From Tetramitus jugosus (lineage: Eukaryota > Protista > Heterolobosea): a DNA stretch of 64,000 nucleotides. Shown here in pieces: positions 44,001 through 57,151 of the stretch (within the stretch, counting starts at the first letter, position 1; each line of letters starts with the position of its first letter). The notes below the pieces were generated by a model that made no database searches, was not told the origin of the DNA, and saw only the letters and a list, made by a program, of their open reading frames with translations. The translations under genes and the position numbers were made by a program. Location: assembly GCA_937625935.1 (NCBI GenBank), contig OW569373.1, positions 248,001-312,000 on the forward strand, read 5' to 3'.

Positions 44001-47000
44001 TTGGTTTGCATCTGTTTGTGCAGAGAAGTATACCAAGAAAGGCAAGTATGAATCCGGCATGCCTCTCATTACCTTCTCATTAGCGATCAGACTCTTGGCA
44101 GTACCAGTTGGTCCCACACAAAGCACATGCTTGTCATTCGTTAATAATTTATCCATAAGCCATGTATATCTGACAGAATCAATGGTTGGAATGATGATAT
44201 CTTGGAATTGAAGCTTGGGAGATAAATTAAATTCGGGAATGGTGTTCATCCAATGGGTCCATTCACGTGCTTCTGTATTGAATACATAGTCATAAACGAA
44301 TCCGTCTCGTGGGAATGGCGTTTGCGACTTGCTCTCTGACATTTTACTTCGTAAAAACCTGTCAAATAATTTCCTGCCATTGTGGTCACATGTAGCACCA
44401 ACACTCCAAACTATCGAGAAGAGGAAGAATGGTTCGATGACATGCGTGACTTGCAAGAATTTTTGAGCAATTTCGTCTTTTGACAGCCCTGCAGGTTGTT
44501 TCTGTGGGTCAAATTCAGCAAATAAGCTGTCGAGCAAGTTCAAACAACTGGTAACGAGATTTGCATTGACAGAAGGAACATATTCCTTCATTAACGTTTG
44601 TCTTCGTAGATAGTCCAAAGATGGTTGAAGATAGAGCTCGAATAATGATTGGAATTCAGATCCATATGACAATATTCCAGGATGCATTTGATCAATCCAA
44701 CTTTGTACATGAGCTTCTGTTGGCACACAAGTAGCAGGATCAAGATACACCATACCACAACGACTAACAGTAGCAGGAGATGCCACAGCCAAATCCTCAA
44801 CCTCAAAAACCATATTCATGGTAGAAGACATGCTGATAATAGCACCACTGACTAGGCATAATTTCTTATTTTCATCGAGCACGGTATTCATTGTTTCAAT
44901 CCATAATGCATCCACGGGTCCATCGAATATGAGCCACTTGCGACTATCTGACTTATCATCAGCGAATTTTTTAAATTCTGTTGCGAGAACACCAGGTACC
45001 CATTCACGAGTATTTCTATCAAAGTCGCCATACAGTTGATACATTTTGACAGACTTGGGATTGAGAACAGTGTATTCAACCTTTTGAAATCTCTTGTTAT
45101 GTTTCTTGCACTGATCAGTCATTGCCCAAGCTAGAGCACGATAGCACATAGTTTTTCCTCCTCCCGTTTCACCCACCAACATGAGTCCGTGACGTAGCAC
45201 AGTTGTTTCATACAACTGAATGCATTTCTGCTGGAATTGAGGGTTCAGTTGTATGTTGAAATGTTTGGCTGCCAGCTGAAGAGATGATATTAATGCAGAA
45301 TGATCAGTGTCTGATTGTTCTGCTTCAGGGAATAGATCTGAGATTATGCCATTGAATAATATCACATCATTTGCCAAAAACTTTGGTACATTCGAGTCCC
45401 TTAGCGATCTTAACAATAGCATCTCCTCATTCATGTCTGGATTATCTCTTTTCAATAAACCTGCGGCTGCAATAACAGTATTCACTGCTCTCATACCAAA
45501 GTCATAATGAGATTGAGACGACAACTGTTCTGAAGCAAGTTTGAAAGCTTGAGTCATCTTAATGGATAATACCTTTGCATCGGAAAAGCCAAATGAGAAC
45601 AATCTAATCTCTGCAATGAGGGCATAATCGGGAACCATACATGCAACAGGTCTGAACAGAGCCTTCAAGTTATCAGGCAACTCTGTACGACCAGCATAGC
45701 CTGGATTCATCGTGATAAACACAGCAAATCCTTTGTTAACAGTCACAACTGTTCCATCAAACTCAACTTGAGGTAAATTGGCTCGGATAGCATTCTGAAG
45801 TGTAGAGATTTGTTGGGCAACAACAGAAAGAACTTCCACGTCGATACGATTGAACTCATCAAAACAAACCCAGGAACCTGCCATGATCAAACCCTTGAAA
45901 AACTTGGCCATTGACAGTTCATTCATTCCCTCTTGACAATTGAAGACGACACAATGTTTAGCCAATGACTTAGATAAATCTTTGACCGTTTCCGTTTTGC
46001 CTGTACCTGCAGGGCCTGCTGGAGCTCCTCCTAAATTCAAATGAAGGGCTCCGGTTAACGTTAAATAAATCTTATCAGTGAGAGGTGTGATGACCAGTCT
46101 TGAAGTGTTTCCTAGATACTCATAACCATACTTGTAAGCTGACTCTACTTGTTTAACAACAATGTCCTCATCCTCGAGATAGTATCGCAACTGCATGACC
46201 CACTCAAAATCTGAGATTGAACTAACATCCTGTTGAATTAAAGTTTCAATTACATCTCTAGCATGAACATCAATTGTAATCAAGGCACCCAATTTTGTTC
46301 TTTGTAAAGGTGTGATATTGCCTGAAACAATCTTTGTTATATCCAACAATTGTTGTTTTAACACTGCAAGATATCGTTGTAATCCCTTGGTTCCCTCAGA
46401 CTCTAACGCCTGTGAAACATCCTTTGTCCAATAAAATTGACTACCAACGATTATAACTTGACCAGGCCATTTTAGTACCCATTGTGTTCGAGGAATCAAA
46501 GAGTAATCCACAAGCGCATTCGTTATCTCTCTCTTAACACTGACCTGCATCATATGTTCAACTTCCTTCAACCAGACTTCAACACTTCCAACTGGTTTTA
46601 CGTGTTCTGAGAACTCTACTCTCTCGCCACCCTTCGAGTACATAGCAACCATATCGTCATTATCTTCGAAATGTAATTTCTCGATATCAGGGAAACATTT
46701 TTCGAGATGTGGCTGAACCGCTCGGGGCTCCTGGGCTTGGGCTAAAATCTCCAGTAAATCCTCATCAGCCAAGAAATACAGTCTAGCAAACAACTTCCTC
46801 TTTGTTTCCAAATAATTGTTCAATCCCTTTTGAATTTGACTTAGAGCTACATTACTCTCTTTGAAGGACTTTAGCAGACCATTTGTTGTTGTACAAAATG
46901 ACATAACAAAAGGATTGTTGTGGGCAAGCTCCAAATGTTTCCTCCACTTTGTATCGACGCCTTTGAATTTTTTATGCAGTTGAGGCAAACTCTTAATCAT

Positions 47001-50000
47001 CTCAGGAGCAGTAAATATGGGTTCAAGTGCCATCCACTCTCTTTGACATTGGAGCCACTCGTCAATAATTTCTGAAACTAAATTCAGTTGGCTTTCCCAT
47101 TGAATAATTTCTGCTTCAAAATTCTTCTTAAAAGCAGAAAATCCTAGCGTTTGTGTTGTCGCAATGTGGTCGTCTAGTTGTTGCTGAACCTCATCGGAAA
47201 TTTTCATAATACATGTTCCAGTATTCCTATATGGCTTTATCTCAAATTTTAATTCCTCCCAAGAGTTTTTCATGTCAATCAGAGCCTTTTCAATTGTATA
47301 TTCTTTTGCAGCTACTTCACTCTCCTTATTAATTTGCTCGATATGGTCAATTAACTTCAAATCAAACACATCTTGTAAACTATTGATTGTTTCCCCTACT
47401 ATCAACTCCATTCCAATTGCTTTTGATATTTCCTTCCAATGCCTCTCTCTCATACCAGGGTTTCTCAAGGAGAGAATCAAAGGAACATTGGTCTTAAACT
47501 CTCCTATTCGCTTTTGAATCGTGCGTGCAATATTCAAAATGCTTGGCATCTCTTTGAATACATTGACACACTTATTAATTGTCATTTCCGCTTTTTTAAC
47601 ATCATCCTGAATCTGTGATGCTGCTAATGTATTGAATGGATCATTGATCCAACTATCGTACCATGTAATCCAATCATGAGCTGTTATCCACAAATCAGCA
47701 TAAGGTTGGAATTGACGCATAATCTTGTTGAGATTATCATATTCAGTAACATCCATCTCAAACAACATCTCTTTGCTGTTCATAACTCTGGCACGTTCTT
47801 GACAATCTCTCAGCTGCTTTTGTACAGCTCTGACATCATTTGCAATCTCAACGATGCTGTGCATATCGTTAAACTTCGAGAATGTGAGAACATGCTTATT
47901 GATGGCCTCAAGTTCTTTGGCAAATATTTTTTGATCAGCCAAAAGCCGATCTCTGAAGCTATCTTTCTCGCGAAGTAGGAAAGAGTCGACTTTGACAACT
48001 TGTTCTGCAAGTTGTTTTGGCCAAGAAATCGCCGAATTCTTGAGAGAAAACTCTTCTTCGGATAATGAATAACGGAAGTGTTCAAGCATTTCATAGTAAT
48101 CCTTCAACTCCTCAATATTATCTTCATATTTTTGAGTGATCTCAGGAATGGTAACCATAAATGTTCTTAGTTTCGAGAGTTGCTCGATATCTTGTGGAGC
48201 CTTATTAATTTCTCGAGAAATTTTAAGGAAAGTGTCCGTAATATTACTCGTCTTTTCTTTTGTTGTTTTGGCCAGATGAGTCATAATAGACCTACCAATA
48301 TCATGTGATTTTCGACTTAAATGATTTCTAACAGAGATGCAATCAATAATAAAGGTACCAAGGTTAACCTTTGTAGGAATGCTCTTCAGTATTTCATCTC
48401 TTTCGGTCATCCTACTTTGTATATCTTTCATTACTTCCTCTAAAGGATGTTCTACTGACTCATACTCCTTCATATATTCTTGGATGTTCAAGGCAAGTAG
48501 GTCTTTGTATCCAGTAAAAAGCTGAATGTAAGTCTTCAAAGGGGCGATAGCTTTTGTTATGTTAGTTTCAATCGCCTCTCTGACCTCAATGATCACTTCA
48601 TCACTCTCCTTCAGAGTATCCAACATGAGTGTTTCACTCCAGAAGAAATTACTCAGGACCATTGATTCGACTTGAGGAATTTTTTGCATATCTTTTACTG
48701 CTCTCTCGAACAGTTGAACAAGAGCTGACACAAATTTTTCTGGTTCTGTCTTATATACAAAATCACTGGTATCATAAGCTAACTCAATATGAAATAACGG
48801 TAAAATTGGTTTCGCTGGCATCCCATCTTCATCTTCCTCATACACTTCCTCGACTTTCACCTCAGATATGGAGTTCGTTCTGACATTAAAATTACAAGAG
48901 CGTCTAATAAGCTCGCTGTACTCTTCTAACGAATCTCTCATTAAAAATCTGAGAGTGTCTTCCATCATAAACCGTATGGCCGTCATAAACTTTTTGAGCT
49001 TTCCCATATTATATATATCTCTGTTTGTTTCATTCACATTGAGCCATCCCTTGCCTACATTTTGCAAGCTGGATTTAATGTGAATACTGACAGATTTCAA
49101 CCAGCCATCTCCTAAGCTCGTGACCAATTTTTCAATTGATTGTTGCTGTATTTGTTCGAACTCATCCAATTTCACAGTTTTTTTCATGGGTAGCTGGAAC
49201 AACTTCTTCTTCTCTTTTCCTAGGAGTTCATCTTTTACCTTTAGCAAGGCATCGATAATTTTTGGTTCTGTGTAATAAGTGTTGAAAAGAAACTGTTTTT
49301 TCACCTCGTTATAATTGTAATCGGGTATCTTCACAACACCAAGCTCAGGAACTGGATACTTGCTTTCTTCTGGCATAAGAGCTAAAAACTTCATCAATTG
49401 ATCTTTTTGGGGCATTTTTCTCATGTTCTTGTCAAATATGATCTTGTTCATTGTCCGAGCATAACTCTGCTTTATCGCATTTAGGAAGTCATTCACAGGC
49501 AAATAACTCTGTGCCTCTCTTAATGGATCCGCATTTAACGCAAGTTGAGTGATGAAACTAACTCGCTCATCACTTAAGGTTGAAATTTCGTCTGTTGGCA
49601 TATTGTCTATGTACAAATTATATCTCTGAACAGATGTTAGGAAATAATAATTAGATAGTGTCAAGGAAATAAATAGAAGAACATACAAGTAAAGATTCGG
49701 CTTGTTTCCTCATTTTATGGGCATGAGCAACTCTCTTGGCGAAATTGAATGGATTTTCTGCTCGAAACAACAGATGAATTCTCGGAATCCAAGTTCTAAG
49801 TTGATCTTCTCCTTCATCGGAAGTCTCAACAAAATATCTATTGGTTTGCTCGTTGCACTGTAAAACTTTACAATCGTGCCAAACTCCGCGACCATTTGTA
49901 AAAAATACTCCCCTTGCTGGAATATACTTGAATGATTCCGATTCATCGTCAAAGCCGAGATTCATCCACTCACTTTGTGTTCTCTCATCAAACTCTGTGT

Positions 50001-50617
50001 CATCAAACACTTCCAGAGGTAAAAAATTTTCATACTTGTTCTGAGAGTTAATTGGTTTAGAGTAATCTATTCCATGATCATTACGCAATAATTCTTCGAT
50101 ATTCTGTTGCTCATACAATCTCCTTTTACGTTCGATTACAATTTTTCTGGGTATTCCTCCAGGTGGATTCACGAAAGGTATAAAAACCTTTGGCTCCAAC
50201 GCCTTTGATGGGCAGTTCAGTGTTAAACTGGATGTTGGAATAGCCTCCTCATTCTGTATGGTCAATGTTAGTATGTAAGAATCATTCAAAAAAGTGAATC
50301 AAGTACGTACTTGATATGCAGATGCGGTGTTCGCTCTTGCCGTCGATAATTTAGAGCGAGCTCTCTGATTCAAGATATTTGCAACTGAAATTGAAAAGTG
50401 TCTTAGCATATGTTGTGTTCTCCTTGACAAGTTTGGAGTCTGTCATACCTTTAAGTCCTTCATTTGATACTGGTTGTAATGTTCCTCTAAGTTTTGGGGG
50501 AATTGATCTAGAGCCAGGAATCTGAAATCACAGTTAATGGGCAACGCACAGCAAGGGAATGTTGAAACAACTTACTTTCACGATCTTTCTAATGGTGGTA
50601 TCATTTTTCGGATCCAT
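38016..50617 (-). CDS. Axonemal inner-arm dynein heavy chain, DNAH1-like (5 exons; introns 49626-49686, 50254-50310, 50385-50448, 50522-50575)
   Basis: AAA P-loops GPAGTGKTET, GETGGGKT, GPTGTAKS, GVGGSGRQS; N-terminal 'PGGIPRKIVIERKRR' and spliced 'ESLL|RYNLYIDNMP' resemble DNAH1. Four in-frame GT-AG introns traced back to ATG 50617. Confidence 0.93.
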
Positions 50618-50737
50618 TTGTCCAACTTTTATGTCCAATAACAAGACACTTCACAACACCTGATTAAAACAAATTTCTTTCCCGATAGAATCCGTAGAAA
50701 TTGAGCGCATATGATTGGCGCCAAGAAATTTCTCCAT

Positions 50738-51073
50738 TTATTCCGATATCGCGTTGCTTGGTGTGGGGATGACATTCTTGGCCGTGTCGTTGCTTGCTGT
50801 TCCTTTTTGACGTTGCTCTTCTCTCATGAATTTTCTGTAGTCACCAAACACAGTTGCCATCAAATGTCTTTTCTGAATAACACTCAGCTTGGTAGATTGA
50901 AGCTTTGCAATCACAGATTTACTCTCCTTCTCTTGCTCTGCATCGACATTTGGTCTTTGAAGACCCAACTCGAGTTGCTGCACGCACCATGCAATATCTT
51001 TGTCCAATTGTTCTTGTTGTTGTGCAGTCAATTGAATGGCAGGCTTTGGCCGTGGTGGTCCTGTTTTCTTCAT
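50738..51073 (-). CDS. UPF0488/C8orf33-like (DUF4615) protein
   Basis: 'DIAWCVQQLELGL...KRHLMATVFGDYRKFM' matches the family pattern. Confidence 0.75.
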   Translation of the reverse strand: MKKTGPPRPKPAIQLTAQQQEQLDKDIAWCVQQLELGLQRPNVDAEQEKESKSVIAKLQSTKLSVIQKRHLMATVFGDYRKFMREEQRQKGTASNDTAKNVIPTPSNAISE

Positions 51074-51864
51074 TTTGTGCGCGTGAAAATTTTTAGTCAG
51101 AATTCGTTTTTTTTATTTAATGATGGAAAGGTAGTAGTTTCCTTCTTCAGTTGCCTAGTGCCTAGTGAGAATTGTTTGTTTGCCTAAAAACCTAAAGAGA
51201 GCTCGAATAGCTCGAGAAACTTAGTCTCCTAATTGCGTGTTGTTTAATCTTGGATCTGTCAACAAATCGATAGTTATGATTCTTTCTTGGTGTTGGAGGT
51301 CCTTGCGAGGAAGTTGAATGGAGACTCATGCTCTCTATTTGTTCAATGAGTACATCTTGTGGATTAATGTTCATTCTTTTGTGGGTGATCTAGTGAATTG
51401 GTCCTAGTGGGAGTGAATGGAGATACAAAGTATGGGGAGCAGTCGAGGACTATGGAGCTACGGATATGCAGTGAGTGGTACAACTAGTGAGTGTTATGTT
51501 GTGGCTTTGTTGTTCCTTTTGTTTGAAAGAAAGTGATCAACTGACATCCTGAAAGCTCAAAACACAAAAAAATCCCATCGCGCACACACGAAAATTCCTT
51601 TCGTAATGGAGTCTTGGCGCCAAACCCATCGGCCGCCCGTAATCGAGAGATATCGAACTGTAATCGTCTGATTCGTTCCTCGAATATCATCAAGTACCAA
51701 TTGGACTATTCAAATGTTCAAAATTCCGTTTATTACGACAGGAGGCCTCGTGACCACGAAGAGCTGCTTCTCTTGGCGCATGGGTGAAAAAAGAAATCCA
51801 TGGATCGCGTGTCTCTTGTTTCTATTCTTTCGATATCTTGCCCACTCATACTATGAATGCAAGA

Positions 51865-52394
51865 TTAGTGAGGCAGCCTATCTCTCGAAGGATGAGAGCC
51901 ACCGGTAATCATTCTGACGAATGCTCCGATCACAGGTATATTCTCCAAATATCCAAACACTGTCGGTATGAACTGACCAAAGAGCAGAAAGGATCCAACT
52001 CCCTCTAGCAATGTTCCAAAAAATGTTCTACCCATAAACACGAGCAACACGCCCACAAAAAGCGATAGTGTTCCCTTCCACTTTCTCCTCTGGAAAAAGA
52101 AATTAAATGTGTTGATCAATCCAATCAATAGCGTCACACCAGACAAAAACAAGATGTTTCCCATGATCAAAAATCCCTTATCAAAAAACATGACGACACC
52201 CAACACTGTGAATCCAATGCCAAATATCGTAAGACCTAGACCAATTTCTGAATTTCCAACATGTTCAAAATACAGGTGAAGATTTAAGGAAGTGATTTGA
52301 GTGAATATGCTTTGATAAAGTCTTTGATCCATGCTAGAAATGAAGAAGAAAACATACTTTGCCACTCCGAGATATCACCAGTAATGTACTTCAT
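51865..52394 (-). CDS. GOT1: Vesicle transport protein Got1/GOLT1 (2 exons; intron 52248-52357)
   Basis: Spliced 'ISEWQ|KIGLGLTIFGIGFTVLGVVMFFDKGFLIMGNILFLSG..IG..TFNFF'. Confidence 0.9.
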
Positions 52395-52680
52395 TTCTTC
52401 TGTTGAGTTTTATTTGTTGTTCTCGCTGATGGTCTATCGTTCGGCGCTCTTTTTTTGATCAAGTTTCTGGTCTATTTTGATTTCTTATTATCCCGAATAT
52501 CCGATGACACATCATCAATCAGGTGCCGAAAACCTGTCAATGGGGTCCCCCGAGAGATAAACACCGCTCTTTTGGTAGTGAGTTGGGACAGAATTCTTTT
52601 TCACTGAAAGAGAAAAAGAGAACAAACTGCCAAAAACAAAATTACAAAACAACAATCTAACACAACAACCACTTTGAACA

Positions 52681-54466
52681 ATGTCAACAATAGCCTATCG
52701 GAATGGTGAATACTCTGGTGCCACCATCTTCAACGCAGCTTCCACCACACTTTCCCTCCCACACGGAAAAAATGGCACACTCACTTACAAAAAATTGAAT
52801 ACTCCGAGTATGAGCAAGGTGATGCAGTACAAGGGAGATTGGCGCAATGGAGTGGCTCATGGAACAGGCATTGCCACAATGCAGTTGACTGGTGAGGGAG
52901 TTTACAATGGTCAATGGAACCGAAATCATATGCATGGAACTGGAAGCTTTGAATTTGCGAATGGAGATAGTTATCAGGGAGATTGGAGATTTTCAAAGTT
53001 TCATGGACAAGGTATGTGCGCTTGCTTGTTCTCGCTTTTTGTTGGTGTTTTTTTGTGTGTGTTTGATGAAGCATTTGGTTTGGTTGTGTGCCTTTTTTTT
53101 TGCATGACTTCATTGCCATGGATATCAGCTCACACTCAAAAAATCTTGAATTCAACAACAACAAATTTTTTTTTTGAAAAAAATAGGCACTTATACATGG
53201 GGAAAGACTGGTGATGAATATCATGGACAATTCGTTCTGGGTTACAGAGAAGGTCAAGGCACATTCTCACACAAGGCCACAGGAGTCAAATACATTGGTC
53301 TGTGGTTCAACGACACTCGACACGGCATGGGATTGGAGTTGTATGAGAATCAGGACAGATTCGAAGGTTTTTGGTGCGATGGCAAGAGACACGGTCAAGG
53401 CTACTTTATTCAATCCATTGAAAACGTTAGTAAAAAAAAGAAGGAAGAAAGATCATTGCTCACCAAGACGCACGAGAGCTATGTCATATATGAGCACATG
53501 TACGAGAATGGAATCAAGATTAGTGAGAGAGAGTTGTTGCCTACGGAGAGTGTCAAGGATTTGAATGCGCATGTTCCGAGTGGCATTTTGCCTCGACTTC
53601 AGATTACGTCACCATCCGAAGCGTTCGAAAAAGCAGACATGAACAACATTTTTGTTCGTTATTTGATTTATGGAAGAGATGCGTTGCCTGATTATCAGTC
53701 GGATATGCCGATTGAGAAGGCGTTTATTTTGTTGGACAAGTTGACTGCGCTCAAGCGTATTGAAGACAAGAGGTCAAAGCTCCGAAATGCAACCAAGGAT
53801 TTGAGCAATCGGAGAGCAGCACTCTTGGAAAAGGCTCAAAAATTGGAGGCTGTGAAGAGAGATGGAACAAAGCAGGAGATGGGAAGAGCGTTGATTGACA
53901 TTTGTAACACGGATCCACCTGGTGACAGCATGTTGGAGGACATTTTCCGCATGAAGCTCTCTGTGCAACTCTCAAAGCTCAATGAACAAATGAACGCAAT
54001 TGACAAGATGATTGAGAATGAGACATCACAGTCCAATACCGATGGCTCCACGTATGACCAAGTTGATTCATGGACTGACGAAAATCAAAAGCAGTATGAT
54101 GAGGTGAGTCAGTTGGTCAAGGAACAAACAGATGCCATCAACAAGATTGAACAATCCATTTTGGATGATGAATCTGGAAAATCATTTGATTACAAGTCAA
54201 AGGCATTTGTTCAGTTCGATATGGTGCCTTTGTTTGGTGAAGTGGTTGTGGCCACTTGTCAATTCTTGTATATTGCACAATGTTTCATCCGTTCGTCCAT
54301 AATACCCTCATTGGCCAAGGGAAGAGATTTGGCTGCCGAGTTGCGCGATATCATGGAAGATTTGAGACATGTGAACGGTGAAAGACTGACATCGATTGAT
54401 ATGAAGGGCCTCGTGTCCAGAATGGAGAATGTTGTAAAATATGCCGATCTATTCCTTGGAAAGTGA
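52681..54466 (+). CDS. MORN-repeat protein with C-terminal coiled coil (2 exons; intron 53012-53186)
   Basis: Repeats 'YKGDWRNGVAHGTG', 'YNGQWNRNHMHGTG', 'YQGDWRFSKFHGQ|G', 'YHGQFVLGYREGQG'. Confidence 0.85.
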
Positions 54467-54747
54467 ACAACTCCTGCAACAAACAACAACTTCAGATTCT
54501 GCTAACAAACAACAATAAAACGATATGTACTTTTGCGAGAAGACCAAGAGAATTAGCCTATTAACGCGTCACAACATGCGGATGAACTCCCACTTTGGAA
54601 CGCGGGCAGCATCTGCCTTCAATCATCACAAGCCAGATTCTCAAAAAAAAACTCGGATCTCGAAAAAGAAATCCAAAAAGATCACACCAAAACAACCACC
54701 AAAACAATTGCCTCGAGACTCAATAATCGATTCTACTGTAGAAAGAA

Positions 54748-55761
54748 ATGGAACCACACAATAGATCCCTTATTCTCCAAAATATTCTTCCCCCAAAGCC
54801 AACTCTGCTCAAGTGGGCCCACCAAGTGATCGAAGAAGATATTCCCTCATTCGATATTGGTGCTGCTCTTGTGAGTACCCCTATGGAGCAAACTGCCACA
54901 ATCTATTGTAAATCACATCACGTGGTCCTTGCTGGTCGTCCATTTGTGGATGCCATTGTAAAAGACAGTTTTGAGTGTGAGATTATATGGTTGTTTGAAG
55001 AAGGTGCCATATTGAACAGCCATACACATGATTCCAATGCGCATGCTGCATCTGAGCTTTTGGCACCCACATCTACCACTATTCTTGGTCCGGTCAAAAC
55101 ACCAATTGCCACAATCATTGGTCCAAGTCACAAGCTGTTGCAACTGGAGAGACTATCTTTAAATGTGTTGACTCGTTGTTCTTCTATTGCCACCATGGCG
55201 AGTCACATTAAGAGATTGGTGAGATCGAATGGATATGACAATGAAATTGCTGCGACAAGAAAGACGACACCTCTGTTTCGCCTAGTCGAAAAGTATGCCA
55301 TCGTTGTTGGAGGTTGTTCACCTCATCGATTCGATGTTTCTCAGATGTGCATGCTCAAGGATAATCATATTGATTTGTTCAAGATTCAAGGTGGATCAGA
55401 TGATCAAACAGTAGCGATTACGAGCTGTGTCAAGAAAGCGAGAGAGTTGGGAGGATTCTCGATGATGATTGAAGTCGAATGCCGAAGTTTACAGGATGCC
55501 AGAGATGCCGCAAGAGCAGGTGCGAATATTGTCATGTTGGACAATTTTACGCCTGATCAAATCAAGGAACAAGCACCATTGATCAAGCAAGAGTTTCCTC
55601 ATGTGATTGTGGAGGTGAGTGGTGGACTGAGACCTGGAAATATTGTTTCCTATCTTTGCAACTCTGTGGATGTTTATTCGATGGGATGCTTGATTGAAGG
55701 TGTACCAACAGTAGATTTTAGCGTGAATATTGCCATGGACAAGGTAGTTCCTTCTGTATAA
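54748..55761 (+). CDS. QPRT: Quinolinate phosphoribosyltransferase (nicotinate-nucleotide pyrophosphorylase)
   Basis: 'EDIPSFDIG', 'ATRKTTPLFRLVEKYA', 'HRFDVSQMCMLKDNH', 'IEVEC', 'IVMLDNF', 'EVSGG'. Confidence 0.95.
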   Translation: MEPHNRSLILQNILPPKPTLLKWAHQVIEEDIPSFDIGAALVSTPMEQTATIYCKSHHVVLAGRPFVDAIVKDSFECEIIWLFEEGAILNSHTHDSNAHAASELLAPTSTTILGPVKTPIATIIGPSHKLLQLERLSLNVLTRCSSIATMASHIKRLVRSNGYDNEIAATRKTTPLFRLVEKYAIVVGGCSPHRFDVSQMCMLKDNHIDLFKIQGGSDDQTVAITSCVKKARELGGFSMMIEVECRSLQDARDAARAGANIVMLDNFTPDQIKEQAPLIKQEFPHVIVEVSGGLRPGNIVSYLCNSVDVYSMGCLIEGVPTVDFSVNIAMDKVVPSV

Positions 55762-55795
55762 GTGTGAAATTTGTTGTAAACTCCTTTGCCAATAA

Positions 55796-56881
55796 TTAAT
55801 CGAATGTAATTACTGTTTTCAGTGTTCTGCCTAATCCATATGAATCAAATACACGTCTCACCTCGACTTCATTATTGAAGTTGACTTCTTCATCAACCAT
55901 ATCGATAAGATTAATCAGTCCACATTCAACTACAGACTTGGCTTGTCTCATGATGGAAGCAGACTTTTGCATTGGAAATACTGTAACGTCGAATGAGACC
56001 TTGGCTAATTTCAAATCTTTGCTTAGTAGCCACTTTAAGTCAGTAGCTTCCTCCCTACTCTCTGCACCGAATAATACATAGGTTCCTTTGGGCTTCATCA
56101 ACATGGAGAGATACTGCCTAACATCAATCGAATCGCTGTGCTTTGGAGATAATGCCTCGAAACCATAGTCGGCTACATCCTGAGCCCAGTTAGTAAAAAC
56201 TTTTCGATCCTTCTCATTGTTTAAATTAACTACATCATCAGCACCAAATTGTTTAGCTCGTTCCAATCTCTGTTCGTTGATGTCCAACACTATTACCCTT
56301 CGAGTGCCAAAAATTTTCTTCATGCATTGCATTGCGATGATACCTACAGGACCGGCACCTGCGACAAAGGCAGTTCCATTAACAAGTGGTGGATAAGAGT
56401 TTAAGTATCTCAACACACATGTCAGGGGTTCGAGCAAGGTAGATTCCTTCTCCATCTCCCTCTTATCCACTTTCAGTACAGCAGCTCCATAACAATCATA
56501 AAACTGTCCATCAGAGTAAAAGATTCTGGGATTTTCAGTATCAGGTAGAACTACTTGATCAATCTTTTTGAATTCAGCTAGTCCACCAAAGTCCGTTGCT
56601 CCATAATACACAATGTGATCTCCAATTTGCAAGGGTGCGTTTGGTCCTTTAGCCACAACCTCGCCTCTCACTTCATGCCCTGGAGTTTTCCCATTCACTT
56701 CTTCTCCCAACTCCTTGCGATAGTTGGACACATCTGTTCGGCAGATAGAGCATTGCTTAACCTTAATAATTATAGAATCTGTGTCTTTGGAAGGGTCGAT
56801 AGTGGGCGTGTTTGTCTCAATAAATTTGAGATCATATGGTTTCTGACCTGATTCACTGTTCTCAAAGACGTACGCTTTCAT
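55796..56881 (-). CDS. Zinc-binding medium-chain dehydrogenase/reductase (MDR)
   Basis: 'SICRTD', 'PGHEVRGEVV', 'LLEPLTC', Rossmann 'VAGAGPVG'. ATG at 56881. Confidence 0.85.
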   Translation of the reverse strand: MKAYVFENSESGQKPYDLKFIETNTPTIDPSKDTDSIIIKVKQCSICRTDVSNYRKELGEEVNGKTPGHEVRGEVVAKGPNAPLQIGDHIVYYGATDFGGLAEFKKIDQVVLPDTENPRIFYSDGQFYDCYGAAVLKVDKREMEKESTLLEPLTCVLRYLNSYPPLVNGTAFVAGAGPVGIIAMQCMKKIFGTRRVIVLDINEQRLERAKQFGADDVVNLNNEKDRKVFTNWAQDVADYGFEALSPKHSDSIDVRQYLSMLMKPKGTYVLFGAESREEATDLKWLLSKDLKLAKVSFDVTVFPMQKSASIMRQAKSVVECGLINLIDMVDEEVNFNNEVEVRRVFDSYGLGRTLKTVITFD

Positions 56882-57151
56882 TTGCTTCGGAACTCGAGTT
56901 TGTTGTGCGATCAACCTTAGCGAACGCAGTCATTGAATGTCTTCCTTCGCTCAGGCAGGTTTTATTTGGGATTACAGTTTGTTGGCTGATAAAACGGGAC
57001 AACTTGTCACACATCCAAAAAGCAGCAAAAAAATGGAAGTAAAAAGTGAGACGGAGTAATGACACACTGAGAGAATTCTGGCCAAAAAAACAGACAAGAG
57101 ACAAACGAACCACTCAACAAGCAAGTACTCCTCCATCCCATTTGAAGAACA

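Noticed and set aside
51192-51374. 60-aa minus-strand ORF
   Set aside because: Could be a real micro-gene but has no recognisable homology, so support is insufficient.
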